A stretch of 49,266 nt of DNA. Origin: Catajapyx aquilonaris. Taxonomy: Eukaryota. Position 1 is the stretch's first letter. Each line of letters begins with the position of its first letter. The notes below the pieces were generated by a model. The model was not told the origin of the DNA and did no database searches. It saw nothing but the letters and a program-made list of their open reading frames with translations. The stretch covers positions 1 through 49,266 of the forward strand of contig KZ538764.1 of the NCBI GenBank assembly GCA_000934665.2, written 5' to 3'. Positions 13,536 through 25,902 of the stretch are shown here, one piece after another. The translations under genes and the position numbers were made by a program.

Positions 13536-15873
13536 ACTCTTTCTCTCATTTACTCGGCGATTAGTTCATTCCTGGATCCTGCTTGCCCATCATTCTTTGT
13601 TGGATGTCGCAGTCAACTCTTGTGGCCACTGCAATGCATTCGGTGCAATGCTAACAATTCGTAGGTCTTGGAAGAGAAAAATAAAAATGGACATCCCTTT
13701 GTCTCTTTGTGCACATGCTTCCATACCTGGTGATCTTGACCTTTCAGTGCCATGCGGAATGTACTTTTAAGCTATATCAATTGCGTTACGCAAGGTGAAC
13801 CCAGGAAATAGGGAAATTGTGGTATGGCATGTTTATGGCTTTAAGAGTGTTGTCGCTGTGAAAGAATTTGCTGAATAGGTGCCTCAATTCCTAGTTTCCC
13901 CAAACTTTTGATTACTTGAGCCGATTTGAACCACACCCTTCTTACACTAGTTAAATCCCCAAAATTAATTAATTGATAGCACGGATTTGCTTGGAACATT
14001 TTTTGCAAATGTGAAACAGGAAATTCTACAATGCCCTTGGGAAGCACATGCTACACAACATGCAAATGGACCACCCAAAATGATAAGGCAACATACCTCT
14101 TTTTTCCTCTTAGCTGCTCCTGCAACGGGAGTGCAAATAAAAATGCATTACCATCAGGCATAACCAATAATGTGATGTGCTTGCAAAAAAAATATTTATG
14201 TAACATATTCACGACATACCTGTGTGTCTCCGGGGTCCACTACTAAAAGGAAAATATGGGGAATCAGGACTGAACGTTTCTTCACTTGCTGCTGCGCCGT
14301 AGGTGTTGGAGTAGGCCTGCGAGGAAGAAACACAATAGTTTAAGCACTGATTCATACGCTCCGTCCATACATATGCCATTAGGTCTTTTTTTAAATCATT
14401 CGAATCATTTCCAACCTCAAGCTGCTGCTCACTAACTACAGTACATTTTTCAAGGTCAATACACAAGTTTAATACGCTATGAAATCAGCCATTTGTATGG
14501 TCAGAGTTAACTCAGAATATTCTTTGTTACCAATACTGCTACTGCTCCTTCTGACCTCTTTTCTTAATAACCAAGGCCCAAGAAAAATCTCATTTTTGCA
14601 GTTGCATACCATTTATTTGCAAAGGCCTACAGACCACCAGTGGGCCACAAGGGTCCACTTGGTGGGCTGTCAAGCGACCCAAAAGAGCAAGTCCTTTCTT
14701 CACTTCTCACTGGCATTTTACATGCATTTATATCACTTCAAAAATGGGCAAATGGAGGTCTTGCACATTAAGTGGGCCACAGACAAATAGTTCATAGCTA
14801 CATCATTACAATGCCGTTGTTCTCCACATGTAAAATCTCATCACACAGCAAAAAGTTTGTGCAACTGTTGCCACAGGATGTTAATTTTAGCAGCACTTAA
14901 ATCTTCGAGTCATCAATATGCAAATGGCTGAATGCCCGACCAACAACTCTCAAATTCAGCTTATTTCCTAATTTAAATATGACAACTAAATAACTACTCA
15001 CCATGCCATTATCCATGTTACTAAAAGTTGACGGATAGCCAGGTTTCTCTGAAAAGGAGAGCATAACATCATGCCAAAGTCACCACTGACTCAGTTTCAT
15101 CAAATCAAACGATGAGGTACACTGGACACAAAACCTCACATCTTTTGGCATCATGATACCAAGATTCACCACCACAATCTACACAAACCAGTATCAATCC
15201 AGCCTCAAAAGTTCACTCAAGTTCACACAATCACTGACCATCTCCCAGCACAAAACTCACACATTCACAACCTGTCACATCAGTTTGGGGACATCCCACA
15301 TGTAGCCTAGCGCCCACTAGTTAAACCCCCCAAGAAGTGGGATGGGGGGGAGGGGGAAGGATATGGCATATATCCTCATAGCATAGTTGGCAGGGGAAGT
15401 CTACAAGTCCACTATCTGTCAGTCCGAAAGTGGCAGACAGGATGGCAGAGTTTGGTGGGAAGCCCGCGGGAGCATCGGGTAGGTAGGTAGGTGGCCCCGC
15501 GAGGGAAGGAGTCCCAAACAAAGGAAAAGACGGGGTGGGGAATGGCGGCTATAGGAACGGACACTTTCTGGTTATGCTTACACTTGGTTTAGGCAACTAC
15601 CAGATGGTTAAACCAGGTTTAAACACAGGACAGTACGCGGTGTATAGCTGGATTGCGGGTGGTATCAGAAACGGGGTAGAGAAAGAGCTGTTTGGTAGTT
15701 AGGGTTGAGGACCAACCGGCGTCTGGTTGAGGCCCAGTATGGCCCCTGATTCCAAAGCCAGCCACTTTCAGATCTTGATCCAAACACTCACCCGTCTGTT
15801 TGTTGGCAATCTTGTTGAAACAGTTCTGGAACACCTCGTATAGATGCATTGGCTCGTCGTCGCTTGCCGCCAT
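13130..15873 (-). CDS. da: Daughterless / class I bHLH E-protein (TCF3/TCF4/TCF12-like), 5' partial gene: join(15873-15792,15048-15002,14316-14220,14119-14097,13180-13130); bHLH-encoding exons not found in window
   Basis: Five GT-AG exons with compatible phases (1,0,1,0,0) total 300 nt and read [100 protein letters not shown]. The N-terminus is near-identical to recalled Drosophila Daughterless ([26 protein letters not shown]). Confidence 0.9.
14097..14119 (-). CDS. da: daughterless 23-nt micro-exon 4 ([11 protein letters not shown]-like)
   Basis: acceptor ctcccgttgcag, donor GAG|GTATGT; restores phase between exons 3 and 5. Confidence 0.75.
14220..14316 (-). CDS. da: daughterless coding exon 3 ([32 protein letters not shown])
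   Basis: acceptor gtttcttcctcgcag, donor CAG|GTATGT; SPYFPF motif recalled from arthropod E-proteins. Confidence 0.85.
15002..15048 (-). CDS. da: daughterless coding exon 2 ([16 protein letters not shown])
   Basis: acceptor ctccttttcag, donor ATG|GTGAGT; phase 1 to 0 bridges exons 1 and 3. Confidence 0.82.
15792..15873 (-). CDS. da: daughterless coding exon 1 ([27 protein letters not shown])
   Basis: ATG in CAAGATGGCGGC context; donor ACGG|GTGAGT; conserved Da N-terminal motif. Confidence 0.93.
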
Positions 15874-17768
15874 CTTGACGTGTCTCTTCCACCCTTCTCG
15901 CTACCGCTTTTGACAGCGCGCATGCTACTCCGCGCAACCACCACCCATACCCTGTCCCCACTACTCCTCTCACACGCCAAGCCCTCTCCTCCCCACAACA
16001 GTCCCCCCAAACTCTATATCCACTTCCCCTCGCCCTTCACCTACCCCTGCCTCCGACCCCCTCAAAACCCGACACACAACACCCGTCTAGCTGGTCCCCC
16101 AACCCTGTTCTGTTCTCTAACCCCCCCACCCTCCAGGAGACTTCCTCTTGCATTCCGTTCGGTGCCTGGTAGCCCACGCCTCTCTGCGGGGATACTCGTA
16201 ACCACTAAGACTGGTTTTACTCCCCCCACCATCCTATTCTTTCTCCCTCTCTTTGGATCCCTCTACAAAGTGGTACAAAGTCATATTCCAATCAGGCAAC
16301 ATTGTTACAAACTAACTACACATCTGGTTGTTCTTATACGTTGAATCGGCGGAAAACTGATATTATTCATAAACTTTGAAAGTGTGTGACCTTCGAGCCG
16401 AAACCAGGGCGTGACGAACCTCCCCTATCCTCACATCACCGTCCAGGCACGCTCCATCAAGCGCATGGCGTTTTATGGACAACCCCTTCAGAGAATGAAC
16501 ATGGGATTTTTCGAGTAGTAAACAGGTTTTTACTTTTTAGAAGGATAAGCGGGTGCCCCTGGAAGTGCCTTTCCCGATGCACAAGGGAGGCAGGCTGGGT
16601 GGCTCTGAATAGCTAGGATAACTTTTTAAACTTTGGACTGTCGCGGTATGGAGGGAGCAACACATATGTGTAGCAGTCGCGAACATAAAGATGTGGACGG
16701 TAGACCAGAGGAAGAGCTCTGATCTACCTTCCACATCTTCAGTGACGGATCCAGATAAAATTATCTGGGGGGGGCGCAGGGCCCGCCGCAGGCGAAAAAA
16801 ATTTCCGGTTCAAGGTCACAACCCTTCCTCTCGACCCCAATTTTGGGGTCGCAACCGCAAAACGGAAAAAAAAGAACCCATAGAACAGTGCAATTTTGCA
16901 CTGTTCTAGAGGGTTTTTGCGAGTTCCCCCCCCCCCCNTTTTTTCCTCTGTGGGAGCTCCAGTGCCCCCCCCCCCTCCCCAATCCGCCACTGCACATCTT
17001 TATGCTCGCGAGTCGCGACTAGTACGTATAATATCTCTTCTAACGTGAAGAATGTCTTGTTCATCTTGTTGAGAAAACCGTAATACAATCCGTTGATTGT
17101 CAGGTACTGATGCTTCCCAACAATGCTTCACCCAATGATAGCGGAACGGTGCTCCGTCCTGCATGAACACGAAGTTTCCGTCTGGACCAATGACATAGAG
17201 AAAATAGACCGCTCAACCGGCGACCATCTTGAATCGAATCAGCCCTATGACACTCCTCGAATGCGGTAGTGTAATATCTGTGACCCATGCGGTCCCATGG
17301 TTCGCTAAGAGGCCATCTTGTTCAAGGTGCAACACCTGTGGTAGGTAGCGGGTAGTCTGCGGCGATTGGCTCGATCTTTCTTTCCTTCCGCAGACTTACC
17401 ACTTGAGTGAACCTTGAAAAATATGGCGGATAGCGAACGCTGTAGCGCCGCCAGCACCAAATTCCGGGCCTGGTGGAGACACACGAATCAAATTACTGTA
17501 CCCATACAGCTAGGGGGGAAGTGACAAGGGGCTGAATCGAATTGAAAATCCGGCGGCCATGGCAATCCTGGGAAAGAATTGCGGGAAATTTCGCAAATAA
17601 GTTTAAAGCGAGGCTTTGCTGGGACAGCAAAGTTCATAGGGCGATTATATTAAACAAATATTTAACAAACTGTTTTAGGATTCGTATTCAGCTTGTCAAA
17701 ATAAGTGCCAAGGTCAACTTCCGGTACAGGCCATTTCCGGTTTCCCGGGTTCACTCTATCCTTGTATA

Positions 17769-17955
17769 CAGGGTGTCTAAACTTTTTTGTCTAGCTATGT
17801 AGCCAAAATAATGAGAATATACCCCAACATTCCTGGCACATCCCTCAACTGATAAAGCCAGGGAAGCATCACTGGTTGCAAGTCACTGCTAAAAAATAAT
17901 CCGTTTAGTGCAATATTTCCGATAATTGTTCGGACAAAAAAGTTTAGACACCCTG
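17769..17955. mobile_element. Tc1/mariner-type MITE
   Basis: TIRs CAGGGTGTCTAAACTTTTTTGTC / GACAAAAAAGTTTAGACACCCTG, flanked by TA. Confidence 0.85.
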
Positions 17956-18113
17956 TATACATACGGGTAACAGTATAATTTATATTCAGAAATTAGTTTC
18001 TTTAAATAACTATCAAAATAACTACCAAAAGCCCTAAATCCTGCCAAGTACAAGCAACCACCCAAGTAAACACTATTTGGAACGTGATTTGATTTACGCT
18101 GTTTTTCCCAGGA

Positions 18114-19911
18114 GGGCAATTCAACGTGAACGTGATCACCTTTTGCACGAAAAAAAAATAACATTAGGTTGTGTCGGGAACACAAGCCGCAGCTTTTGAC
18201 GTGAATACGTCTTTAAAATCGGATCAGTATTGGGGGGAGTGAATTGATTGCTTATTATCATTATTGAAGTCTGGACACATGCATGGTGATCCTAAAGTCT
18301 GGACACTCATGGTGACCCTCCTAAGAATTTCCCTGCATGCCCCCCTGCATGCCCCCGCCATGGGCCCCATGGCAGGGCCCCGTGACAGGGTCCTGACTAT
18401 AACACTCACACGCCACTTAGGATATAGCAGACTCGGATATACGCGTAATAGCCTGTAACGCTTTTCTGTAACGCTCTAGTTTGCCTCCATGCCCCCTATG
18501 CGGATCCGAATTTAGCCACTCCGGATATAGTAGACTCGGATATAATAGACTCGGATATAGTAGACTGGAACGCTTTTCTGGAACGCTCGAGTTTGCCTCC
18601 ATGCCCTCCCTCTATACGGACCCGATTTTAAAGACGTACGGTATTCACGTCAAAAATTTTCCCGTCGATGAGTGTGAGATATGTTTCGGTCCAGGTCACG
18701 TTCGGACCTTTCCCACAAGGATTTGGTCCGCTGATGCGTGGTTGCCTATCTACAGGCGCTAATTGCACTTGGATCACAGTTAGAGGCGCCCCCTATTACA
18801 TTTACATGACAACGTAAATGCATGATGTAATACATGTTTCATGTGTGAAATTGTCTCCTCTTTCCGACAAAAATAGTCACTTTCCGAAAGCTGTACAAAT
18901 TCATGTCACAAATCGACACAAATGACATTTTCAAAAAAGGGCCAAAATCAAATGTCATCACATTGATATAAAAATACACCTCACAGTGTCATCTATCAGT
19001 GATACAAACGGAATTTTGGAATACGAACTGGTTACGGAACTATAGGTACTGACGTGGAGCGCTGCGCTAGTGGCCACGTCCGCAGAATGAAAAGGAGCGG
19101 CCCACCTAGGTCCGTCTTCATGTCTCAGGTAGTGTACGCTTGTCCTAAGTGTTTAATTCACTTAAGAAATTGTTCCAAAATAATTTACCATAGAATAGTA
19201 AGAATAAATGAAAATTCCCTTGTCATGTTCAACAAAGTTTCAATTTTCACAAGTGTCAAGTGTGTGTTAAAATATGCTTGATTATTTAGAATAGAGAAAC
19301 ATGTAGCATACTTTTTATTTTTATGTTCATTCCTCTATTCGTTCCTAGTCACAGTCCAAATGAATGTTCACTGTAGAGACCTGTACGGAATTCCTTGCGG
19401 CTCCATACGGGCCCCTTGCTTTCACTATAATGGAATATATTGCACACCTGCACTCTTCCACGTCAGTGATTATAGCATGATTTTGGCATACGTAACCCTT
19501 GCGTATGCCAAAATTCCGTTTGTATGGCTGATAGAGGACACCATGAGGAATTTTTTGATATCAATGTGATGACTGATGGCATTTAACTTTGGCTCTCGTT
19601 TCGAAAATTTCATTTGTTTGGAAAATTCCCGCTTTTTGCCATGAATTTGCACATCTGTCAGGAAGTTAGCATTTTTGTCGAAAAGAGGAGACAATTTTAC
19701 ACGTGAAACTTGTATCACATCAAGCATTTACATTGTCGTGTAAATGTGATCAAAGTACAATTTGCGCCTGTAGAGAGGCAACCACGCATCAGCGGACCAA
19801 ATCCTTATGCGAAAGGTTCTAACCTGGATCTAAACATATCTCACACTTTGACACTTATCGACGGTCAAATTTTTTCGTGCAAAAGGTGATCACGTTCACG
19901 TGGAATTGCCC
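18114..19911. mobile_element. Non-autonomous long-TIR DNA transposon (Sola2-like) with nested insertions
   Basis: GGGCAATTC(A/C)ACGTGAACGTGATCACCTTTTGCACG termini inverted at both ends; 4-bp TSD AGGA; diverged inverted homology of ~18650-19040 with ~19490-19875. Confidence 0.75.
18195..18655. mobile_element. Nested inverted-repeat element containing pogo/Tigger-like 15-bp subterminal repeats
   Basis: ttttgacgtgaatac..tctttaaaatcgg inverted at ~18620-18655; tandem CTCGGATATAGTAGA units and a duplicated block at 18420-18610. Confidence 0.55.
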
Positions 19912-20049
19912 AGGAGTGTCATGGCGGCCTCGGCTTCAGGGATGAGGCTGGCTGCATTGGGCTAAGCGATTTATTTTTCCCGATGCCATTTGTCTGGACA
20001 CCATTCCTATAGTTGAGGTATAGAAATAGAAGCAGTGTTGTCAACAGTT

Positions 20050-20711
20050 TCATAGATATGACTCTCCATACCTCCATTACTTGGACTGGGTGCTTGACCT
20101 TCTCGATGACACATCCATCTTGGAATCCTTCCCCACGCTTTCTTCTGACGAATCGACTCCTATCATCAAGAATATCAACTGTCGATTCGTCAAAAACACA
20201 TCTCTGGAAGAAAAATACATAAATAGTAAAGAAAAAACCCCAATTGTACAAAACTTAGTAAGCTGCTCTAAACTCAAACCGCTAAAATCGCTAAACTCTA
20301 CGTTATTATGATGACTAAAATGTGTACGGTTCATTAAAGTTATCAATTCACCCTCTCCCAGTCTTCGGCTGCATGACCAAGTCTAGTGAACTGCTTCGCC
20401 CAATGCAGACTCTTAGATCTCATAGCCGGTGACAGCTTTTTCTTGTATCCAGCTTCCTCTAACAGTTCTTGTGCTTATTTGAATGCCAATTTCACTTTGG
20501 AGTCCTCTGGAGTTGAATTTGCTGTTGTTACGGCTTAAATTCAGAAGGGCACTATCACCCCTTTCGCTGCAATGGTTTCTTGACACAAGAGACCACTTTC
20601 TGGGGAAATGTTAACTTGGCTTGCTATCACATTTTTAGTCATCGAGCTATTTTCTGCAAGTACTTGCATTTGGCGTCGTTTTCGTGGCAATAAGTCGGCT
20701 TTTTTCTCCAT
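20050..20711 (-). pseudogene. Decayed Tc1-like transposase fragment, possibly intron-containing
   Basis: MEKKADLLPRKRRQMQVL (HTH start), ISTRTVR, LEEAGY, WAKQF..EDWER, then FDESTVDILDDRSRFVRRKRGE..CVIEKVKHPVQVMEVW resembling the Tc1 DDE first-Asp region; frameshifts. Confidence 0.72.
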
Positions 20712-21981
20712 CTTGCTCAGGATTAGGCTTAAGTCTTTGAGACTGAAATTAAACACAAAATATGTACCAGGTAAATAATATTTGTTCTGCGTCACTTACT
20801 AATATCGTGCAACTGCAAAAACAGCAAGTTTCGTACGGATTTAAATGATTTAAGGCAAATATAAACGTATTTTCTTCCAACACGTGTACACAGCTCACCA
20901 CCCTTTTAACAATGTCCAGTGTTGTCAACGTGGGCGCAAAATTGCAGACTAGAGCGCCCATTCTACATGTGGCAAAATGTCTGAAATGTATTTCTAGCTG
21001 CAATAAAAATGGCTAATCAGTAAAACGTTTTGTTTGTGAAATAACCATAAAACGACAAAAAATTAGCTTTACTCTAATAATAATTTACTGCAATGATTTT
21101 GCCACTACTGTAATTTGTTGTGGTGTGGCGGAGCGAAGCGAACAACTTGTAATTTTTGTCCTAAGCCTGCAAATAATGTTCAGGGAAATCTTCATAAAGT
21201 CCTTCACAGGCCAGCAGCTTGCACGAAAATATTATTGTCCTGCACTTACAAGGCGGATATATTCGGGGCAATGCAAGCTGCCATTGGTACGCTTATCTAT
21301 GTCAATAGGTGAGTTATCTCTTTTTTGCGCTTTTTTGCCAGTTAGCCCGATTTTTCACTGGGAAACGGGTTCATCCCAAAGTTCATAGTTTTTTTTTCTG
21401 ATATCCCCTGTACAGCATTGTTTGGGGGATGACTGTCGTGAATGTAAATGTGTAGCCTACATGTTCAAGCTCGGAGATTTCATCCCAATTTAATGGGTAC
21501 TAGCTAGTGTCAGGTAGTTATTCCTGTTTGCATTCCAGCAAGCTTCAATGAGTTATGGTTGCTTTCACAATATTAGTTCACAATATTCCACTATTATATT
21601 CGTGGCAGCACTCACAATAATTGAGAGCATACCATCGTTTATGTCATCAATATTGCAGGGATAGACTGGATAAACAAAGTTTGATCGAATTATTAGCATA
21701 ATGTGTATATGCAGCAACAGCCTAACCAGGTCTCCAAATTTAACTGCAAGTGCATCTGTACATAACTTTCTATTGGGAGAAATCCCTACGCCCCTAGACA
21801 TACAGCACCATTATGGTTTAAAGAGAGGTATGAGACTTCCCAGCTCCAGGTTACAGTTTTGCATGTTTGGAGTGGATTGAGGGTTCAGACATTCCAAGAG
21901 TAGTGACCACTCTGGAGATAATCCTTTTCTTTATAACTTACGTGGTATTATCCACTCAGGGTGTCCATAGATACCCTAGAA

Positions 21982-22219
21982 CAGGGGTTCCCAACCTGGG
22001 AGTCGTGGCCCCCCAAGGGGGCCGTGGAGCAGGTCCAGGGGGGCCGTGAGAGGCATTGTACCACATTTGGTAAATATATTTCTTGTATTGTTTGGCTGCT
22101 TTATTAAAGATGTTTGGCTGCTTCATTAAAGATTTATGTATGTTACTTTTGCAATGGGGCCGTGGAGAAATTTTAGGTGATTTGGGGGGTCGCGGGTGCA
22201 AAAAGGTTGGGAACCCCTG
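21982..22219. mobile_element. hAT (Charlie-like) MITE
   Basis: 16-bp TIR CAGGGGTTCCCAACCT; perfect 8-bp TSD CCCTAGAA. Confidence 0.93.
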
Positions 22220-23140
22220 CCCTAGAAGGCCTAGAATCCTAGATCATATATGGCCTAGCTGATTTGAGTGTAACTTTTATGAAAATGGAATGGAATGCAT
22301 AGCAGGTATTCCTATTTTGTAACTGTATATACTGTTCACCATTGTGACACACTGCCATTAAAAGTTGGCCTGCATGCAATTATTCATATCACTCACCAGG
22401 CGGCTGGTAGCCATTGGGACCAAAGTGCAAAGCGCACACATACATGACCTTGGTTGCAGGCATCCTCATTCTGAGCTTCACTTGCCATTTTTTCTTGTAG
22501 TGTTCGTCTTTTGGAAAGGTATGGATCCAGATCCTTGCCTCAGCGTCATGTTTGGTCTTTCACCCCCAGACGCAACAATATGTTATTGGGAGGCTTCTTT
22601 TTCGTCATCTTGCGGTCCGAGTCAGTCGCTAAACTCACGTCAGCCATGTGCAGTGGACCTTGGACCGAGCCCCGTCGAGTCGACTGTCAGGGAAACACAA
22701 AAGCTCGAACTCTCCGCTTATCTGCTCCGTTTTGCCCCCGCACTATTCACATCTAGAAGACAGCCCAAAAAAATGACGTTGATCGTCCCTCGAACAGTCC
22801 ACTACCAGCAGCATTCCCTTCCTGACTTACCGTACGTATTGTTGAGAACCATATACTCATGGTAGCAGTGCTTTTAAAATAATGCCCACTACCTTCAGAG
22901 TAACGCACAAGGTCCGTCGAACTACCAGGCCCGCTTGAGTCTGTCGGCCATCTTCACCATTTTAAGACGCAACGTCATCTCGCTTAACTCAGCCGCTAGG
23001 TGTCACCCCGTTCTGCCGGGATGACAGGGGGTGACGCCAGTACTGCGCCTGCGCGCTGCACCTGTTGGGGAAAGGGGTGGCGCACGGAGGAGGGAGTAGA
23101 CGGGGAGACAGGCAGTGGGGATGAAATGGCCGACTCTCGT

Positions 23141-23400
23141 GGAGGTGCGGTGGTGGCCGAGATGGTAACGTCTCGGCTTGCTGAGTGAAAGCCCCCAGGT
23201 TCGATCCCCGCCTGGGGAACTTTCCTTTCACCTGCGTCAGGAGGGTCTCTGACCTGCACCAAGGAGGTGTCTGGCAACCTAACCTCCTGGGGAACAGCAC
23301 ATGACCCATAGCTACGACATTGCAGCTTGCACCCATGTTCTTTCCCCAAAAATCCCTATCCTTTCCCATTGTCCATGTTTCCTTGCACCGGAGAATGAAG
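23141..23400 (+). mobile_element. tRNA-derived SINE
   Basis: A box TGGCCGAGATGG, B box GGTTCGATCCCC (23198-23209), followed by body and (TA)n; 3' end approximate. Confidence 0.65.
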
Positions 23401-23402
23401 TG

Positions 23403-23405
<3 letters not shown>

Positions 23406-23476
<71 letters not shown>
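23406..23476. repeat. (TA)n microsatellite
   Basis: direct reading. Confidence 0.98.
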
Positions 23477-23481
<5 letters not shown>

Positions 23482-23800
23482 AACTGATGGTGGTATAGCT
23501 CCCTATAGCTCCCGTAAGGGACATCACGAGGTAATTAAAAAAAAAAAAAAAACCCGACTCTCCACGGCGCTTGATAGAGGAAAGGGGACACCTTTACAGC
23601 AAATCGAGTGTAGCAATGTGGCCGGTGTTCAACCTGGTTGAACCAATGCAAGATGTTGAAAAAATTGGTGCAGGCGAACATGGCAACAGCGAAATAAATG
23701 TGCCAATGGCCATATTTAGTGGGTTTTACCACGGAGAGAATAACTACTTCGGAAGGAACATGGTTGTGTAGTACCTGTACCTCTCGTGTTATGTTATGAC

Positions 23801-24392
23801 TAGAGTCCAGATTTTTAAGCAAATGCCTATTTATAGTTCCTTAACAGTTGGGATGGTATTTTGTGAAGAGATCGATCCGTTTCATCAGTGCAGGATGTGG
23901 AAAATGTTTTTGAACTTTTGAAACAATTTCGGGACTTTTTGGGCCTATTACGGACCTGTTTCTTGAAAGGCATGTTCGATTTTTTTTCGGAGTATCTTTT
24001 GTGCTCCTGAAAGGAGCAAAACCGTTCAGAAGTAATACAAATCATGTTTCCGAGACGCGCATATTTGGCAACATAATTATTGTGCAAGTGGAAACTGGAT
24101 ATAAGCGGTAGCGTCCAGAGCAAGTGATACTTGATTGCACTTTGTGTCTTTTGCCCAAGTTTCGTGATTTTCTGTCAGTTTATCGTTGTCATTCGGTTTT
24201 TGCTATGGTTTGTGACCTTATATAGTTATATTGATACTTTGGGCCAATAAAATTATTATAGCTTTTTAATTTTCTGTAACGTTATCCTCCATACTCCCGA
24301 AAAAGTACAAATTTTGCAGAAATTTGGTGCCTATTTGAGGATTTTTTCCTGCCTATTTCGGGTTTTTTTCGTGCCTAAAAATCCGGACTCTA
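23801..24392. mobile_element. Non-autonomous hAT element
   Basis: TIR TAGAGTCC(A/G)GATTTTTA(A/G)GCA; perfect 8-bp TSD GTTATGAC. Confidence 0.9.
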
Positions 24393-24443
24393 GTTATGAC
24401 AATTTACCTGCTTGCACTTGCAATGTAAATTCACTGTGATCAG

Positions 24444-24771
24444 GTCTTGACTAAGGTCTGGGGACGGAAGTCTGTGGTTTTACTGTAGCTGTGGGGACCA
24501 GTTCCAATTGTGGGGACATTTGTCGGTCCCCACTGTCTCACACACGCGAAGTGTACCATTACAGTGGGGACATGTGTAAATTAGTGGGGACATGTCCCCA
24601 CTATTTTCATTTGTAGGGTTTCACAAAAGTCCATTTTTCTCAGCCTAGGTTACTTAGGGTAGGGTAGGTTAGGTAGGGTAGGTTAGGTTAGGTTAGGTTA
24701 GGTTAGGTTAGATCAGTTTACACTCGCAGTGAAAAGTGATCAATGTCCGTCCCCACGCCTTAGTCAAGACA

Positions 24772-24816
<45 letters not shown>
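24444..24816. mobile_element. EnSpm/CACTA-like non-autonomous element with internal TTAGG-like repeats, abutting a (GT)n tract (24775-24816)
   Basis: inverted GTCTTGACTAAGG..GGGGACGGA ends, multiple GTGGGGAC/GTCCCCAC subterminal motifs, (TTAGG)n at ~24655-24711. Confidence 0.55.
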
Positions 24817-24818
<2 letters not shown>

Positions 24819-25902
24819 AATTGGGGCTTTCTGTGGTGATATTATTTGGCGGACATATGCACCGGCGCGTCGCGTCGTGACATACGTAGGCCTACTGTAC
24901 GTCAGTTAGACTACCACAATGTTTCCCAGTCAACGTCTCCTCCAGTCCTCCTTATGATGAATGTGGGTGCTACCTTGCTTTCAGAGAACATGATGCGAAA
25001 CTGGACGCACCACACTTCCTATGTCTTTCTGTTTATGTTCGCTGACAGTGAGCTCAAGAGCACAGACCACGGAACAAAATTTCAACAGTCATTATTATGT
25101 AGGTGGATTCACATGCAAATCAGACATTGGGGATTTTCGAAGTCGCTGAGTCCTAATCCGATGTCAAATGTACTTATTTCAATATGGGGTATCCAGGATG
25201 GCGGCGATTTTCATAAAATGTGTATGGTTTACTCGATAACAGGTAATGGGGATGATGATGATGAGAGTTGGTGAATAAGAATCTGTTATCAATAATACAT
25301 TTACAAATGGAAGGTTCAAGATGGAGACACTCTTCTGACTTACACTGATCCAAGAGAAAATCTTGGATGACTGGAGTTTCTCCTAATGCCACAACGATTC
25401 AAAAGGATAAATATTTAGATAATGATCATATGCTGTACCTTAAACAGTTGTAAAAAGATTGTCGAGTCCTAAAACACTAAAGAAAGCTGTGTCACTCATG
25501 GTAAGATAATTTATAGCTCAACATCTAAGGTAGGCCTAAGTCTTTCCCGTTTAGGCAGAATTTCCATGTCTTTTTTTACTATGCTTTCTGTGGGACTGCT
25601 CAATACTTACCATCATGTTACAGGCTATTATTCTGGCGTGTAATGTGTATACGAACGGCTTAACATGTTGGGTGCTTTCGTTAGTTTTAGGCTCATTCCT
25701 AGTCTCTCCCTTCGTCATCCACAATTTACATAGCGGAGCTCCAGGCCATTACCAATGCCCTGGTGGAACATATCCGTGCTGATGTCTGGCATATCCGCTG
25801 CGTCATCTATTCGGGTTCCCTGAGTTCCTCGATGGGCTCAACTGGCACCCATTCAGTGCTGTGTGTTCTCCAGCAACTCCAGCAGTTACGGGGGAGGTGT
25901 TA

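Noticed and set aside
15619..15791. C-terminal part of the 84-aa ORF 15619-15873
   Set aside because: Read-through into intron 1 past the GTGAGT donor.
22365..22865. 166-aa ORF and the many other short ORFs in 3400-12900 and 27000-36500
   Set aside because: No recognisable domains, mostly non-ATG starts, no consistent splice structure.
23141..23220. Functional tRNA gene
   Set aside because: A and B boxes present but no convincing cloverleaf; continues into a SINE-like body.
25174..25392. GETP-containing ORF as the last HMG20 exon
   Set aside because: The true terminal exon at 37407-37549 fits phase and homology far better.
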